From assembly GCA_018813025.1 (NCBI GenBank), contig JAHJCL010000037.1:1-62159 (forward strand): 62,159 nt of DNA. Reading direction: 5' to 3'. Position numbers and translations under genes: made by a program. The stretch's first letter is position 1; the number at the start of each line of letters is the position of its first letter. Below are positions 1 through 9,612 of the stretch, piece by piece. The notes beneath the pieces are model-generated. The model saw nothing but the letters and a program-made list of their open reading frames with translations, did not search any database and was not told the origin of the DNA. The DNA comes from Patescibacteria group bacterium (lineage in GTDB: Bacteria > Patescibacteriota > Minisyncoccia > Minisyncoccales > DG-74-3).

Positions 1-14
1 ATACAATTAATAAC

Positions 15-1745
15 ATGAAAAATAGATTTAAAACCATTAAAATACTGTTCATTGGAATGGTTTTTCTTTTTTTGCCAATAGTTGCAAAAGCTGATTACGG
101 TGGACAAACCAATCGTTTTTTTATTGATTCCAGTTATGATTTAAATGGTAGACAAGAATTAGACGCTACTTTATTAAGGATAACTTCTAAAGTTTATTTT
201 TATATTGATGATGCTTGGTGGAACTCTTTAGGTCAGTCTGAAACCAGTATGCTTAAATTGGCAATCCAAAAATTAGGAGAGGAATTTGACGGAAAAATTT
301 ATCCGGAACTAACTGCGACTTTTGGTTCTGAATGGAAACCGGGCATTGATGGCGATGAGAAAATTACTGTTTTAATTCATCCGATGGTCAGCCAGGCCGG
401 AGGTTATTTTAATAGTGGCGATGAATATTCAACTGCTCTAAATCCTAAATCAAACAAGAGGGAGATGGTTTATTTCAACAGTCAATATTTAAATAGCGAT
501 TTAGCTAAGAGTTTTCTGGCTCATGAATTTGTCCATTTAATTACCTTTAACCAAAAGAATAGATTAAGAGGCGTACAAGAAGAAATTTGGCTTAATGAAG
601 CCAGAGCAGAATATGCCCCAACTTTACTTGGCTATGACAGCGTCGGGACTGACAGCAATTTAAATCGTAGAATTAGAGATTTTTTAAGAGATCCATCAGT
701 TTCTTTTGTTGATTGGGAAAACAAGAGAGAAACCTATGGGGCACTTAATCTTTTTACTCAATATTTAGTTGACCATTATGGAGCAGGAATTTTAATTAAT
801 TCTTTAAAGTCGTCTTTTACTGGAGTTAATAGCTTGAATTTTGCTCTATTAAATAAAGGTTTTTATCAGGATTTTGATCAGATTTTTAAAGATTGGTCTA
901 TCGCGGTTTTAATTAATGATTGTTCTATTGGTGATAAATATTGTTATCTTGGATCATCCCTTAAAAATTTCAGATTAATTCCTTCTATTAACTTTTTACC
1001 TTTAACCGGGGAAAGTAGATTAAGTCTAAGTGAAACAACTAAAAAATGGAGTGGCAATTGGTATAAGTTTATAGGGGGTTGGGGTAATTTAAAGATTGAA
1101 TTTGTCGGTAGTTCCGGTGTTAATTTCGAAGTTCCTTACGTATCTCAGGATTTAGCCGGCAACCAATCTTTAGGATTTTTCCAACTAGATGATTATCAAA
1201 AAGGAGAAGTTTACATCTCTGATTTCGGTCGTAATATAACTTCCGTAGTAATTATCCCGCTTATTCAAGATGACAACGTTAAAAACATTAAAACTCTTTA
1301 TCCCTTTTTCTGGCAGGCATCTACTGAAGAATCGCAAGCAGACCAAGGATCGTCTGGCCAATCCGGTTCTCAAAATATTCAAGATGTTTTAGATAAAATA
1401 TCTGTTTTAGAAAAGCAATTAGCCAGTTTAAGAGTTGAGCTGCAGATTCTTTTGAGTGCTGAAATGGATTCAGCCAAATCTTGTCAAAGCCTAAATCAAA
1501 ATCTTTCATTTGGTATTAGAAATAATTCAGTCAGTTGTTTGCAAGAGTTTTTAAAATCTCAAGGAGACGATATTTATCCTGAGAAATTAGTAACAGGATT
1601 TTTTGGCAATTTGACTCAACAGGCAATAATTCGTTTTCAAGAGAAATATGCCAGTGAAATATTAACTCCGCTTGGACTTGAGAAGGGGACTGGTTTTGTC
1701 GGACCCTCAACTAGGGTTAAAATTAACAGTATGCTTCAAAAATAA
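15..1745 (+). CDS. secreted gluzincin-type metallopeptidase with C-terminal peptidoglycan-binding domain
   Basis: 576-aa ORF. Hydrophobic N-terminus (ILFIGMVFLFLPIVAKA). HEFVH followed by WLNEARAEY, i.e. HExxH plus a downstream Glu with M1/MA-clan-like spacing. C-terminal PG_binding_1-like segment (LQEFLKSQG...FFGNLTQQAIIRFQEKY). Confidence 0.6.
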   Translation: MKNRFKTIKILFIGMVFLFLPIVAKADYGGQTNRFFIDSSYDLNGRQELDATLLRITSKVYFYIDDAWWNSLGQSETSMLKLAIQKLGEEFDGKIYPELTATFGSEWKPGIDGDEKITVLIHPMVSQAGGYFNSGDEYSTALNPKSNKREMVYFNSQYLNSDLAKSFLAHEFVHLITFNQKNRLRGVQEEIWLNEARAEYAPTLLGYDSVGTDSNLNRRIRDFLRDPSVSFVDWENKRETYGALNLFTQYLVDHYGAGILINSLKSSFTGVNSLNFALLNKGFYQDFDQIFKDWSIAVLINDCSIGDKYCYLGSSLKNFRLIPSINFLPLTGESRLSLSETTKKWSGNWYKFIGGWGNLKIEFVGSSGVNFEVPYVSQDLAGNQSLGFFQLDDYQKGEVYISDFGRNITSVVIIPLIQDDNVKNIKTLYPFFWQASTEESQADQGSSGQSGSQNIQDVLDKISVLEKQLASLRVELQILLSAEMDSAKSCQSLNQNLSFGIRNNSVSCLQEFLKSQGDDIYPEKLVTGFFGNLTQQAIIRFQEKYASEILTPLGLEKGTGFVGPSTRVKINSMLQK

Positions 1746-1751
1746 TAACTG

Positions 1752-1780
1752 TTGACAAAAACAAAATAATTTGCTAATAT
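1752..1780 (+). promoter_or_regulatory. sigma70-like promoter (TTGACA-17 nt-TAATAT)
   Basis: TTGACA at 1752..1757, 17-nt spacer, TAATAT at 1775..1780, read directly. Lies just after the stop of the first gene. Confidence 0.4.
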
Positions 1781-1816
1781 GACAGCATAGTGAGTGTGAT
1801 TCAACATTTGAGTATT

Positions 1817-1857
1817 GCAGCAGACCTTCCTTAAGCAAGGTCTGTTGCTTTTTTTTC
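1817..1857 (+). terminator. rho-independent terminator
   Basis: Stem of about 12 bp (gcagcagacctt / aaggtctgttgc) with an 8-nt loop, followed by tttttttt. Confidence 0.6.
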
Positions 1858-1957
1858 TTTCGAAACTTTGTTAAAATGAATTTGGCCGGAGCTAGCACTC
1901 ACTTTATTAAATGTTGGAGTTTTACTCTCCGGCCATCTCTATTCAATTAATTACCAA

Positions 1958-2860
1958 ATGCAAACAGAAAGACTAGAAAAAGAATTACCCGGTTTCAAGA
2001 AAAATATTGCTTTGTCTGATTACACAACTTTTAAAATAGGCGGTCCGGCAAAATATTTTTATACTGCCAAAAATCAAGAAGAATTTTTAAAAGCAATATC
2101 TCTGGCAAAAGAATTAAAATTGCCTTTTTTTGTTTTAGGAGGCGGTAGTAATATTTTAGTCAGTGATGACGGTTTTAACGGAATAGTGATTAGAAATCAA
2201 TGTTCTAATTTTAATATTAAAGACAACAGAATTCTTGTCGAAGCTGGAGTGCGTTTAGAAACCCTTGTTAGTATTTCAATGGAAAATCAATTAGCCGGAC
2301 TTGAGTGGGGGGCTGGTATTCCCGGAACAGTCGGCGGAGCAATCAGAGGCAATGCTGGAGCGTTTGGAGAAGCTATTGGCGATATTGTTCAAGAAGTAGA
2401 AATTTTCAATCTGAAAACAGAAGCAAAAGAGAAATTATCCAAATCCGATTGTCAATTCTTTTATAAAGAAAGCATTTTTAAAAAAGACAATAATCTGATA
2501 ATCCTTTCAGCTCAAATGGAATTTTTGAAAAATAATCCTGAAGAAGCTGAAATAAATAAACAAAAAATGATTAACTATTCGATTAATCGTCAGAAAACTC
2601 AACCATTAAAATTTCCATCAGCCGGTTGCGTTTTTAAGAATCCGCCCGATGTTTCTGCCGGACATTTGATTGATCAATGCGGTTTAAGAGGAAAAACAAT
2701 CAACAATGTCCAGATTTCTGAAAAGCACGCTAATTTCTTCATTAACTTAGGCCAAGGTCGGGCAGCTGACGTTAGAGAATTAATAGAAATAGCTAAAAAA
2801 ACAGTTAAGGATAAATTAAATATTCAATTAGAAGAAGAGATACAATATCTCGGATTCTGA
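1958..2860 (+). CDS. murB: UDP-N-acetylenolpyruvoylglucosamine reductase
   Basis: 300 aa. FAD-binding N-terminus (TTFKIGGPAKYF, VLGGGSNILV) and MurB C-terminal motifs (PSAGCVFKNP, SEKHANFFIN). Confidence 0.9.
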   Translation: MQTERLEKELPGFKKNIALSDYTTFKIGGPAKYFYTAKNQEEFLKAISLAKELKLPFFVLGGGSNILVSDDGFNGIVIRNQCSNFNIKDNRILVEAGVRLETLVSISMENQLAGLEWGAGIPGTVGGAIRGNAGAFGEAIGDIVQEVEIFNLKTEAKEKLSKSDCQFFYKESIFKKDNNLIILSAQMEFLKNNPEEAEINKQKMINYSINRQKTQPLKFPSAGCVFKNPPDVSAGHLIDQCGLRGKTINNVQISEKHANFFINLGQGRAADVRELIEIAKKTVKDKLNIQLEEEIQYLGF

Positions 2861-2867
2861 AATCTCA

Positions 2868-5354
2868 ATGTCATTTTTAGATAAAATTTTTGGCGATGCT
2901 AATGAAAAGTATCTTAAAAAGCTTCAGCCATTCGTTGAAAAAATCAATCAACTCGAAAAAGAGTTTGAATCTTTTTCTGATGAAAATTTAAAATTAAAAA
3001 CAGGGGAATTTAAAGAAAAATTAAAGAACGGAGAAACCTTGGAAGATGTTTTACCTGAATCTTTTGCTTTAGCGAGAGAAGCGTCTAAAAGAACTTTAGG
3101 TCAAAGACCTTATGATTCCCAGTTAATTGGAGGAATTGTTTTAGCTCAAGGCAAGATTGCTGAAATGAAAACTGGTGAAGGAAAAACATTAGCAGCAGTT
3201 ATGCCTATGTACCTAAATGCTCTAATCGGTCAAGGATGTCATTTAGTTACAGTTAATGATTATTTAGCCAGAAGAGATGCGGTTTGGATGGGCCAGATTT
3301 ATTATGCGTTAGGATTAAGTATTGGTTGTTTAAATCATGAGCAATCGTTTTTATATAATCCAAACTATAAAAAACTGGAAGAAGAAAAAGAAAAGATGAG
3401 AGATGAATTAGGAGCTTTTTATATTGTTGAAGATTTTTTAGAACCATGCTCAAGAAAAGATGCTTATTTAGCTGATGTAACTTATGGAACCAATAATGAG
3501 TTTGGTTTTGATTATTTAAGAGACAATATGGCTTATAATTTAAACCAAAAATCCCAAAGGGGTTTTAATTTTTGTATTGTTGATGAAATCGATTCTATTT
3601 TGATTGATGAAGCCAGAACTCCATTGATTATTTCTGCACCAGACCAGGAGGGATCAAAGTGGTATCAGGAATTTGCTCGAATTATTCCCCAAATAGATAA
3701 AGAAGGGGATTATGAGATTGATGAAAAAATGAAATCTGTTTCTTTAACCGAAAAAGGAGTTGAAAAAATCGAAAAGATTTTGGGGCTAGAAAATATTTAT
3801 GAAGACAAGGGAATTAAATATCTTCACTATTTAGAGCAAGCATTAAGAGCTCAGGCGATTAATCCATCTACCGGTCGTCCTTTTTTTGCAAAAGATTACG
3901 AGTATGTGGTTAAAGATAATAAAGTAATAATAGTTGATGAATTTACCGGACGATTAATGCCTGGTAGACGTTGGTCTAAAGGATTGCATCAGGCGGTTGA
4001 GGCCAAAGAAGGCGTACCGGTTAAAGAAGAATCACTTACTCTGGCTTCAATTACTTTCCAAAACTATTTCCGTCTTTATAAAAAATTGGCGGGTATGACT
4101 GGTACAGCTGTCACCTCTGCTGAAGAGTTTGATAAGGTTTATAAATTAGACGTCATTGTTATACCAACAAACAAACCCTTAGTTAGAAAATCATTACCGG
4201 ATAGAGTTTATAAAAATGAACCCGGAAAACTTAAGGCCTTAGTCAAAGAAATAAAAGAGAGAAATGATTTAGGCCAGCCACTTCTAATTGGAACTCGTTC
4301 AGTAGAAAAAAATGAAGAGATTTCCCAGCTTTTAAAATTAGAAGGAGTTAAGCATCAGGTTTTAAATGCTAAAAATCATCAAACTGAAGGAGAAACAATT
4401 GCTCAAGCCGGTAAATTGAAAGCAGTGACGGTAGCCACTAATATGGCCGGCCGTGGAGTTGATATTATTTTAGGCGGTAATCCGTCGAGCCCCGAGGAGG
4501 CTCAAAAAGTTAAGGAATTAGGAGGATTACATGTTATTGGAACTGAAAGACACGAAGCCCGAAGAATAGATGATCAACTGAGAGGAAGAACTGGCAGACA
4601 AGGTGATTCCGGATCTTCTCAATTTTTCCTTTCTTTAGAAGATGATCTAATGAGGATTTTTGGAGGTGATAGAGTGCAATCTTTAATGTCAGCTTTAAAT
4701 CTGCCTGATGATGAGCCAATTGAGGCCAATCTTATTTCTAGAATGGTTGAATCCGCCCAATCTAAAATAGAAGGATTTAATTTTGATTCAAGACAAAGAT
4801 TATTGGAGTATGATGATGTTTTAAATAAACACCGAGAAGTTATTTATAAAAAGAGAAGAGAAGTATTAGAAAAATACCAAGACATGGATTTTAAAAATCA
4901 GATTTTAGAAATGATTGAAAAAGCCGGATACACCCAGGATGATTACAAGAGAAAACAACAGGAAGTGGGAGAGAATAATATGCCTCAAATTCAAAAAGAA
5001 ATTGTCTTAAAGGTTATAGATACTCTTTGGATAGAACATCTGGAAAATATGGATCATTTAATAGGTTCGGTTAGATTAAGAGCTTACGGTAACCTTGACC
5101 CATTAGTAGAATACAAAAAAGAAGGACACGGGATGTTTCGTAAACTATTAGAAGCGATTGATGAATATGTTGCCAATACTATTATGAAGATTACTATCCG
5201 GAAACAACCTTCTAAAAATGTTTTTCCAGCAACTGTTTTATCAAGTGGTAATCCCGTCAATTCTCAAAAGACGAAAAGAAATGAGCCCTGTCCTTGCGGA
5301 GCAAAACATCCCGATGGCCGTCCGATAAAATACAAACACTGCCACGGGAAGTAA
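2868..5354 (+). CDS. secA: preprotein translocase ATPase SecA
   Basis: 828 aa. Motifs MKTGEGKTL, IVDEIDSILIDEARTPLIIS, TNMAGRGVDI, RGRTGRQGDSGSS. C-terminal Cys/His tail CPCGAKHPDGRPIKYKHCHGK. Confidence 0.95.
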   Translation: MSFLDKIFGDANEKYLKKLQPFVEKINQLEKEFESFSDENLKLKTGEFKEKLKNGETLEDVLPESFALAREASKRTLGQRPYDSQLIGGIVLAQGKIAEMKTGEGKTLAAVMPMYLNALIGQGCHLVTVNDYLARRDAVWMGQIYYALGLSIGCLNHEQSFLYNPNYKKLEEEKEKMRDELGAFYIVEDFLEPCSRKDAYLADVTYGTNNEFGFDYLRDNMAYNLNQKSQRGFNFCIVDEIDSILIDEARTPLIISAPDQEGSKWYQEFARIIPQIDKEGDYEIDEKMKSVSLTEKGVEKIEKILGLENIYEDKGIKYLHYLEQALRAQAINPSTGRPFFAKDYEYVVKDNKVIIVDEFTGRLMPGRRWSKGLHQAVEAKEGVPVKEESLTLASITFQNYFRLYKKLAGMTGTAVTSAEEFDKVYKLDVIVIPTNKPLVRKSLPDRVYKNEPGKLKALVKEIKERNDLGQPLLIGTRSVEKNEEISQLLKLEGVKHQVLNAKNHQTEGETIAQAGKLKAVTVATNMAGRGVDIILGGNPSSPEEAQKVKELGGLHVIGTERHEARRIDDQLRGRTGRQGDSGSSQFFLSLEDDLMRIFGGDRVQSLMSALNLPDDEPIEANLISRMVESAQSKIEGFNFDSRQRLLEYDDVLNKHREVIYKKRREVLEKYQDMDFKNQILEMIEKAGYTQDDYKRKQQEVGENNMPQIQKEIVLKVIDTLWIEHLENMDHLIGSVRLRAYGNLDPLVEYKKEGHGMFRKLLEAIDEYVANTIMKITIRKQPSKNVFPATVLSSGNPVNSQKTKRNEPCPCGAKHPDGRPIKYKHCHGK

Positions 5355-5386
5355 AATTTAGTTTTTAAAATTGTAAATAAAATAAT

Positions 5387-5539
5387 ATGGCAATAAAACC
5401 AAAATGCGACAAATGTAAAAAAGAGCTGAAAGAATTTGGCGGAATTTTATTTAGTCCGCCGAAAAAGAAAATGGTAGAAAAATTTCATTTATGCCGAAAA
5501 TGCTATCGTGAGATTTTGAGTAGTTTTGGTAAAAAATAA
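5387..5539 (+). CDS. small CxxC...CxxC zinc-ribbon-like protein (50 aa), absent from the ORF track
   Basis: ATG 5387 to TAA 5537..5539, translated by hand: MAIKPKCDKCKKELKEFGGILFSPPKKKMVEKFHLCRKCYREILSSFGKK. It fills an otherwise empty 190-nt gap. Two CxxC pairs lie 25 aa apart. Confidence 0.35.
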   Translation: MAIKPKCDKCKKELKEFGGILFSPPKKKMVEKFHLCRKCYREILSSFGKK

Positions 5540-5546
5540 CAAAGTC

Positions 5547-6056
5547 ATGGAAAATAAAGAAGAAATTATTGTTGCGGTAAGCGGTGGTTTTGACCCAATC
5601 CATATTGGTCATGCGAGAATGTTTAATGAGGCAAAGGCGTTGGGAGACAGGCTCGTTGTGATTTTAAATAATGACAATTGGCTTCGAAAGAAAAAAGGAT
5701 ATGTATTTATGACCGAAAATGAACGGAAAGAGGTTATAGAAGCCTTTAGAAGCGTTGATGAGGTGTATATTACCAAACATCTGGAAAATACAACTGATAT
5801 GAGTGTGTGTGATGCGTTGCGAACCGTGAGGCCAGATATATTTGCCAATGGTGGCGACCAAAAACAAGACAATATTCCGGAGGTTAGTGTGTGTAATGAG
5901 ATTGGCACAAAAATGATGTTTGGAATTGGTTATGGAGGAAAAATTCAATCAAGCTCGTGGCTTTTATTATCGCATATGGCCGAAGCGCCATGCCACTGCG
6001 GAGCGAAACATCCCGATGGTCGTCCGATAAAATATAAACATTGCCATGGAAAATGA
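5547..6056 (+). CDS. cytidylyltransferase-like nucleotidyltransferase (HIGH motif) with a SecA-type Cys/His tail
   Basis: VAVSGGFDPIHIGHARMF is the HxGH nucleotidyltransferase signature. The ATG at 5547 is preferred over the track's TTG at 5526. The last 21 aa (CHCGAKHPDGRPIKYKHCHGK) nearly copy the SecA C-terminus. Confidence 0.7.
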   Translation: MENKEEIIVAVSGGFDPIHIGHARMFNEAKALGDRLVVILNNDNWLRKKKGYVFMTENERKEVIEAFRSVDEVYITKHLENTTDMSVCDALRTVRPDIFANGGDQKQDNIPEVSVCNEIGTKMMFGIGYGGKIQSSSWLLLSHMAEAPCHCGAKHPDGRPIKYKHCHGK

Positions 6057-6456
6057 AACAAAAAAAGTAGGGGTTAGTCAAAAAGCGATAATTTTTAATT
6101 CCGATAATGAAATTTTAGCATTGAGGCGTTCCTCAACTCACCAATTTAAACCATTTACCTGGGATTTGCCGGGAGGAGATTTGGATTTCGGAGAAGAACC
6201 TTTAGTTGGTATATCTAGAGAAATTAAAGAAGAAACAGGTTTAGAAATAATTGATCTTACTCCTTTTGATGTTGATTCCAGAATTAATGGGAACAATGAA
6301 TTTTGGGTGACAATTGCCTATATTGCTTTTTCTGAATCGGTTAATGTTTATTTAAGTTATGAACATGACGAATTTAAATGGGTTACTTTAAAACAATTTT
6401 TAAAATTAGAATCTTCAGAAAAGCTGCATAATTTCGTAAAAAAGTTGGAGAAATAA
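6046..6456 (+). CDS. NUDIX hydrolase
   Basis: Nudix box GGDLDFGEEPLVGISREIKEETGL in a 136-aa ORF. Start overlaps the upstream stop. Confidence 0.85.
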   Translation: MENETKKVGVSQKAIIFNSDNEILALRRSSTHQFKPFTWDLPGGDLDFGEEPLVGISREIKEETGLEIIDLTPFDVDSRINGNNEFWVTIAYIAFSESVNVYLSYEHDEFKWVTLKQFLKLESSEKLHNFVKKLEK

Positions 6457-6457
6457 T

Positions 6458-7117
6458 ATGATATTTTTACCAACAATTTTAATTACTTTTATTGGATTTT
6501 TTTTATTTTTGCCATTTTTATTTTTAATGGCTTATTTCAATATAATTACTCTCGGGTTTGAGAAGTTAGGAATTTCTCCCAAATTCACTTCGCTTTTATT
6601 GTTTTTAATTTTAATTGGTTCTTGGATTAACATACCAATAACTAAAAAACAACTGATTTATCAGGAGAAGGTTAGTTTTTTTGGGCTTTTTAGAAAACCG
6701 GGAATAGGAGTTCAAGCAACTGCTATTAATTTGGGTGGGGGATTAATTCCTATTCTTTTGTCCTCTTATTTTTTATATAAAGCATGGCAGTCGGGTTTTT
6801 CTTTAATCCCAATTTTACAAGCCACTCTTTTAATGGTTATCATTGCCAAGTCATTAGCTAAAATTATTCCCGGTAAAGGTATTGTAATCTCCGCTTTTGT
6901 GCCTCCAATTTTTGCAGCTTTCTTAGCTTGGATTTTTATCCCTAATTTTATGGCCCCGGCGTCTTTTGTTATCGGTTCTCTAGGAACACTAATCGGAGCT
7001 GATTTATTAAATTTAAATCGAGCTCAAAAAATAAGTCCTGGTTTTTTATCTATTGGTGGCGGAGGAGTTTTCGATGCTATTTTTTTAATAGGTATTGTCT
7101 CAACCCTTTTATCTTAG
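6458..7117 (+). CDS. polytopic integral membrane protein, family not assigned
   Basis: 219 aa with several long hydrophobic segments and Gly-rich stretches (NLGGGLIP, SIGGGGVFD). No catalytic motif recognised. Confidence 0.5.
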   Translation: MIFLPTILITFIGFFLFLPFLFLMAYFNIITLGFEKLGISPKFTSLLLFLILIGSWINIPITKKQLIYQEKVSFFGLFRKPGIGVQATAINLGGGLIPILLSSYFLYKAWQSGFSLIPILQATLLMVIIAKSLAKIIPGKGIVISAFVPPIFAAFLAWIFIPNFMAPASFVIGSLGTLIGADLLNLNRAQKISPGFLSIGGGGVFDAIFLIGIVSTLLS

Positions 7118-7212
7118 TAAAAATGAATTTTTTTATGAAAAATTGATTTTTTTTGATGAACAAGATAAAATATCCAGATACTGGATTTAGATATTATAAT
7201 AATTAAAAATAT

Positions 7213-8550
7213 ATGTTGGAAAAACTAAAAATCAATAAAAAGAAAATCAGTTGGGGAATATTCATTTTTTTAATTTTGTCTTTAGTAGCTAGTGGTTTAT
7301 TATGGCCAACACAAATCAATGATAAAATTGATTTTTTAAAGGAAAAAATTAATCCTTATGTTAATAAAATTTCTCTATCTAATTTATATGATATTTATCA
7401 GAAGCCGTTTAAATTGGGCTGGGATTTTATCGGTGGTAGGCGTTTGATTTATCAGCCGGTTTTAGAGGATCCGGAACAACAGGTACCGGACGAGGCTTTA
7501 ATTGGAATTCAAAAAATAATTGAGCAGAGATTTGCTATATATGAGCAAAAAGCTCAAGTAAAAATAGATAAGAAAAATGTCGTGATTGAAGTTGGAGATA
7601 AAGAAGATATTGAGATGATAACCGAAATTATGAATCAGGAATTCTCGCTTGAATTCAGAGAAGAAGCTGAAAGCGAACTTTTTCAACCAACTGATTTAAC
7701 CGGAAAATATTTAGAGGCAGTTTCTTTTAGTATAGACCAAACAGACCAAAAACCTTTGATTTTACTTCGTTTTAATGAAGAAGGGGCAAAGATTCTTGAG
7801 GAATTAACTAGGAGGAATGAGGGCAAAAGATTAGGCGTATATGTTGATGGAGTTCCAGTATTTCCTTTACAAATCACAGAAGCGGTTTCCGGTGGAAGCG
7901 TTCAAATAAAAATGGACGCTCAAATAGATTCAGTTAAAGTTTTGACCCAAATGATGGGCGCCTCCTCCTTATCTCCATCTTTAAAAATGGTTTCGGAAAA
8001 GACTAGAACGAACCAGGAAGCCCAAGTATTAATAAGAAATATTGTCAAAGGATTTCTTTTTGGACTTCTGGCCATCTTTTGGTTGATGGTTATAATTTAT
8101 AAATTAACCGGATTGATATCATTTATTTTGGTCTTAATTTATACCTTGCTCTTTTTATTATTTTTTAAACTTTATCCGATAACTGTAGATTTTGGTTCAA
8201 TTTCAGGATTATTATTTTCTTTAATAATTATTCTAATAAGTTTGGGCTTAATTTCGAAAAGTTTTAAAAAGGAAATAAGAAAAGGTAAAAGTTACGGTAT
8301 AGCAGTTGAAGAAACACTTGCGACTTATAAGCAAATTATTGAGAAAATTAATTTTATCGCTCTGGCCTTACTCTTGATATTCTTCTTTGTCGCCAAGATA
8401 TTTTTAGTTGAAAGTATTTTTATTAACAACTTCGTTTCAATTGCCTTTTTAGGAATAATGGTTAATTTTATTTTCTTAGTTTTAGCGCTAAAGAAAATAT
8501 TACTGATGCTGGAAAATCCATTAGGCAAAATGAATTACCTCTGGAAATAG
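7213..8550 (+). CDS. SecD-like protein-export membrane protein
   Basis: N-terminal TM helix. Periplasmic-type domain with SecD-like blocks (LGWDFIGGRRLIY, LEFREE, LGVYVDGVPVFPLQI...SGGSVQI). C-terminal multi-TM bundle. No adjacent secF. Confidence 0.55.
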   Translation: MLEKLKINKKKISWGIFIFLILSLVASGLLWPTQINDKIDFLKEKINPYVNKISLSNLYDIYQKPFKLGWDFIGGRRLIYQPVLEDPEQQVPDEALIGIQKIIEQRFAIYEQKAQVKIDKKNVVIEVGDKEDIEMITEIMNQEFSLEFREEAESELFQPTDLTGKYLEAVSFSIDQTDQKPLILLRFNEEGAKILEELTRRNEGKRLGVYVDGVPVFPLQITEAVSGGSVQIKMDAQIDSVKVLTQMMGASSLSPSLKMVSEKTRTNQEAQVLIRNIVKGFLFGLLAIFWLMVIIYKLTGLISFILVLIYTLLFLLFFKLYPITVDFGSISGLLFSLIIILISLGLISKSFKKEIRKGKSYGIAVEETLATYKQIIEKINFIALALLLIFFFVAKIFLVESIFINNFVSIAFLGIMVNFIFLVLALKKILLMLENPLGKMNYLWK

Positions 8551-8619
8551 CTCATTTCGTTGACAATAATTGATAAAAATGTTTCAATAAGAGAACATAT
8601 TGAAAAAGATATTTAGACT

Positions 8620-9612
8620 ATGTCAATTAATTATCAAAAAATTTGTGCCGGTCTTCTTAAAGACTTTTCCCAAAGAACCAAAGACGTTATTGTTAGGCGT
8701 TTTGGCTTGGAAGTTGGAACTAAAGAAACATTAGAATCCATCGGTGCCGACTATGGCGTTACCAGAGAAAGAATTCGTCAGATTGAATCTGACGGTATTG
8801 TTGATATAAAAGCAAGAATTAAAAAAGAAAAAGATAGTTCTGTCTATCAAGCTTTTGGATATATTAAAGAATATCTTACTAATTCCGGTGGATTAAAAAA
8901 AGAAGAAATTTTACTTGATCAATCAAGCGAAGGGAAATTCACTCACCAGATTGCTTTCTTATTAAATTTATCAGATGATTTTAAAAGATTCTCCGAAACC
9001 GAAAATACTTATTCTTTTTGGACAATTAGTTCTGATTCCTGGGCCTCAGCTAAAAATGCAATAGAAAGTGCTTATAAAATGTTCACCAATAAAAAACAGT
9101 CTCTTAGTCTGAAAGAATGTAGTGATATTCTTAATATTAAACCCGAAATATTACTCTCTTATATTGAAATTTCCAAGAAAATTAGCCAAGGAAGTGATGG
9201 CAGATTTGGTTTGGAAGATTGGCCTGAAATTAATCCTCGAGTAATGAAAGACAAGGCATTTTTAGTTTTTCAAAAACAAAATAGACCTTTGCATTTCAGT
9301 CAAGTGGCTGAATTAATCGGCACAAACGCCTTAGTCCAAACTGTTCATAATGAACTGATTCGCGACCAAAGATTTGTTTTGGTAGGCCGAGGAATTTATG
9401 CTTTGGCTGATTGGGGATATAAGCCGGGAACCGTCAAAGAAGTTATTTCCGATATTTTAGCGCAATCCAGCAATCCTCTTTCTAAAGATGAAATTTTGAA
9501 AAAAGTTTCAGAACAGCGCATTGTCAAGACTAACACAGTCTTATTAAATTTAAGCAACAAACAACGTTTTTTAAGAAATTCACAAGGAAAATATCTTTTA
9601 AGAGATGCTTAA
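8620..9612 (+). CDS. sigma-70 region-4-like HTH protein with C-terminal winged-helix-like repeats
   Basis: RRFGL...ETLESIGADYGVTRERIRQIESDGI matches the sigma70 region 4 HTH pattern. Two later segments (PLHFSQVAELI...RFVLVGRGIYAL and PLSKDEILKKV...RFLRNSQGKYLL) look like HARE-HTH/winged-helix units. Confidence 0.55.
   Translation: MSINYQKICAGLLKDFSQRTKDVIVRRFGLEVGTKETLESIGADYGVTRERIRQIESDGIVDIKARIKKEKDSSVYQAFGYIKEYLTNSGGLKKEEILLDQSSEGKFTHQIAFLLNLSDDFKRFSETENTYSFWTISSDSWASAKNAIESAYKMFTNKKQSLSLKECSDILNIKPEILLSYIEISKKISQGSDGRFGLEDWPEINPRVMKDKAFLVFQKQNRPLHFSQVAELIGTNALVQTVHNELIRDQRFVLVGRGIYALADWGYKPGTVKEVISDILAQSSNPLSKDEILKKVSEQRIVKTNTVLLNLSNKQRFLRNSQGKYLLRDA

Noticed and set aside
1876-1950. 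24-codon upstream ORF (MNLAGASTHFIKCWSFTLRPSLFN) just before murB.
   Set aside because: It overlaps a strong hairpin and has no recognisable features. In AT-rich DNA with a GC-rich stem, such an ORF is expected by chance.
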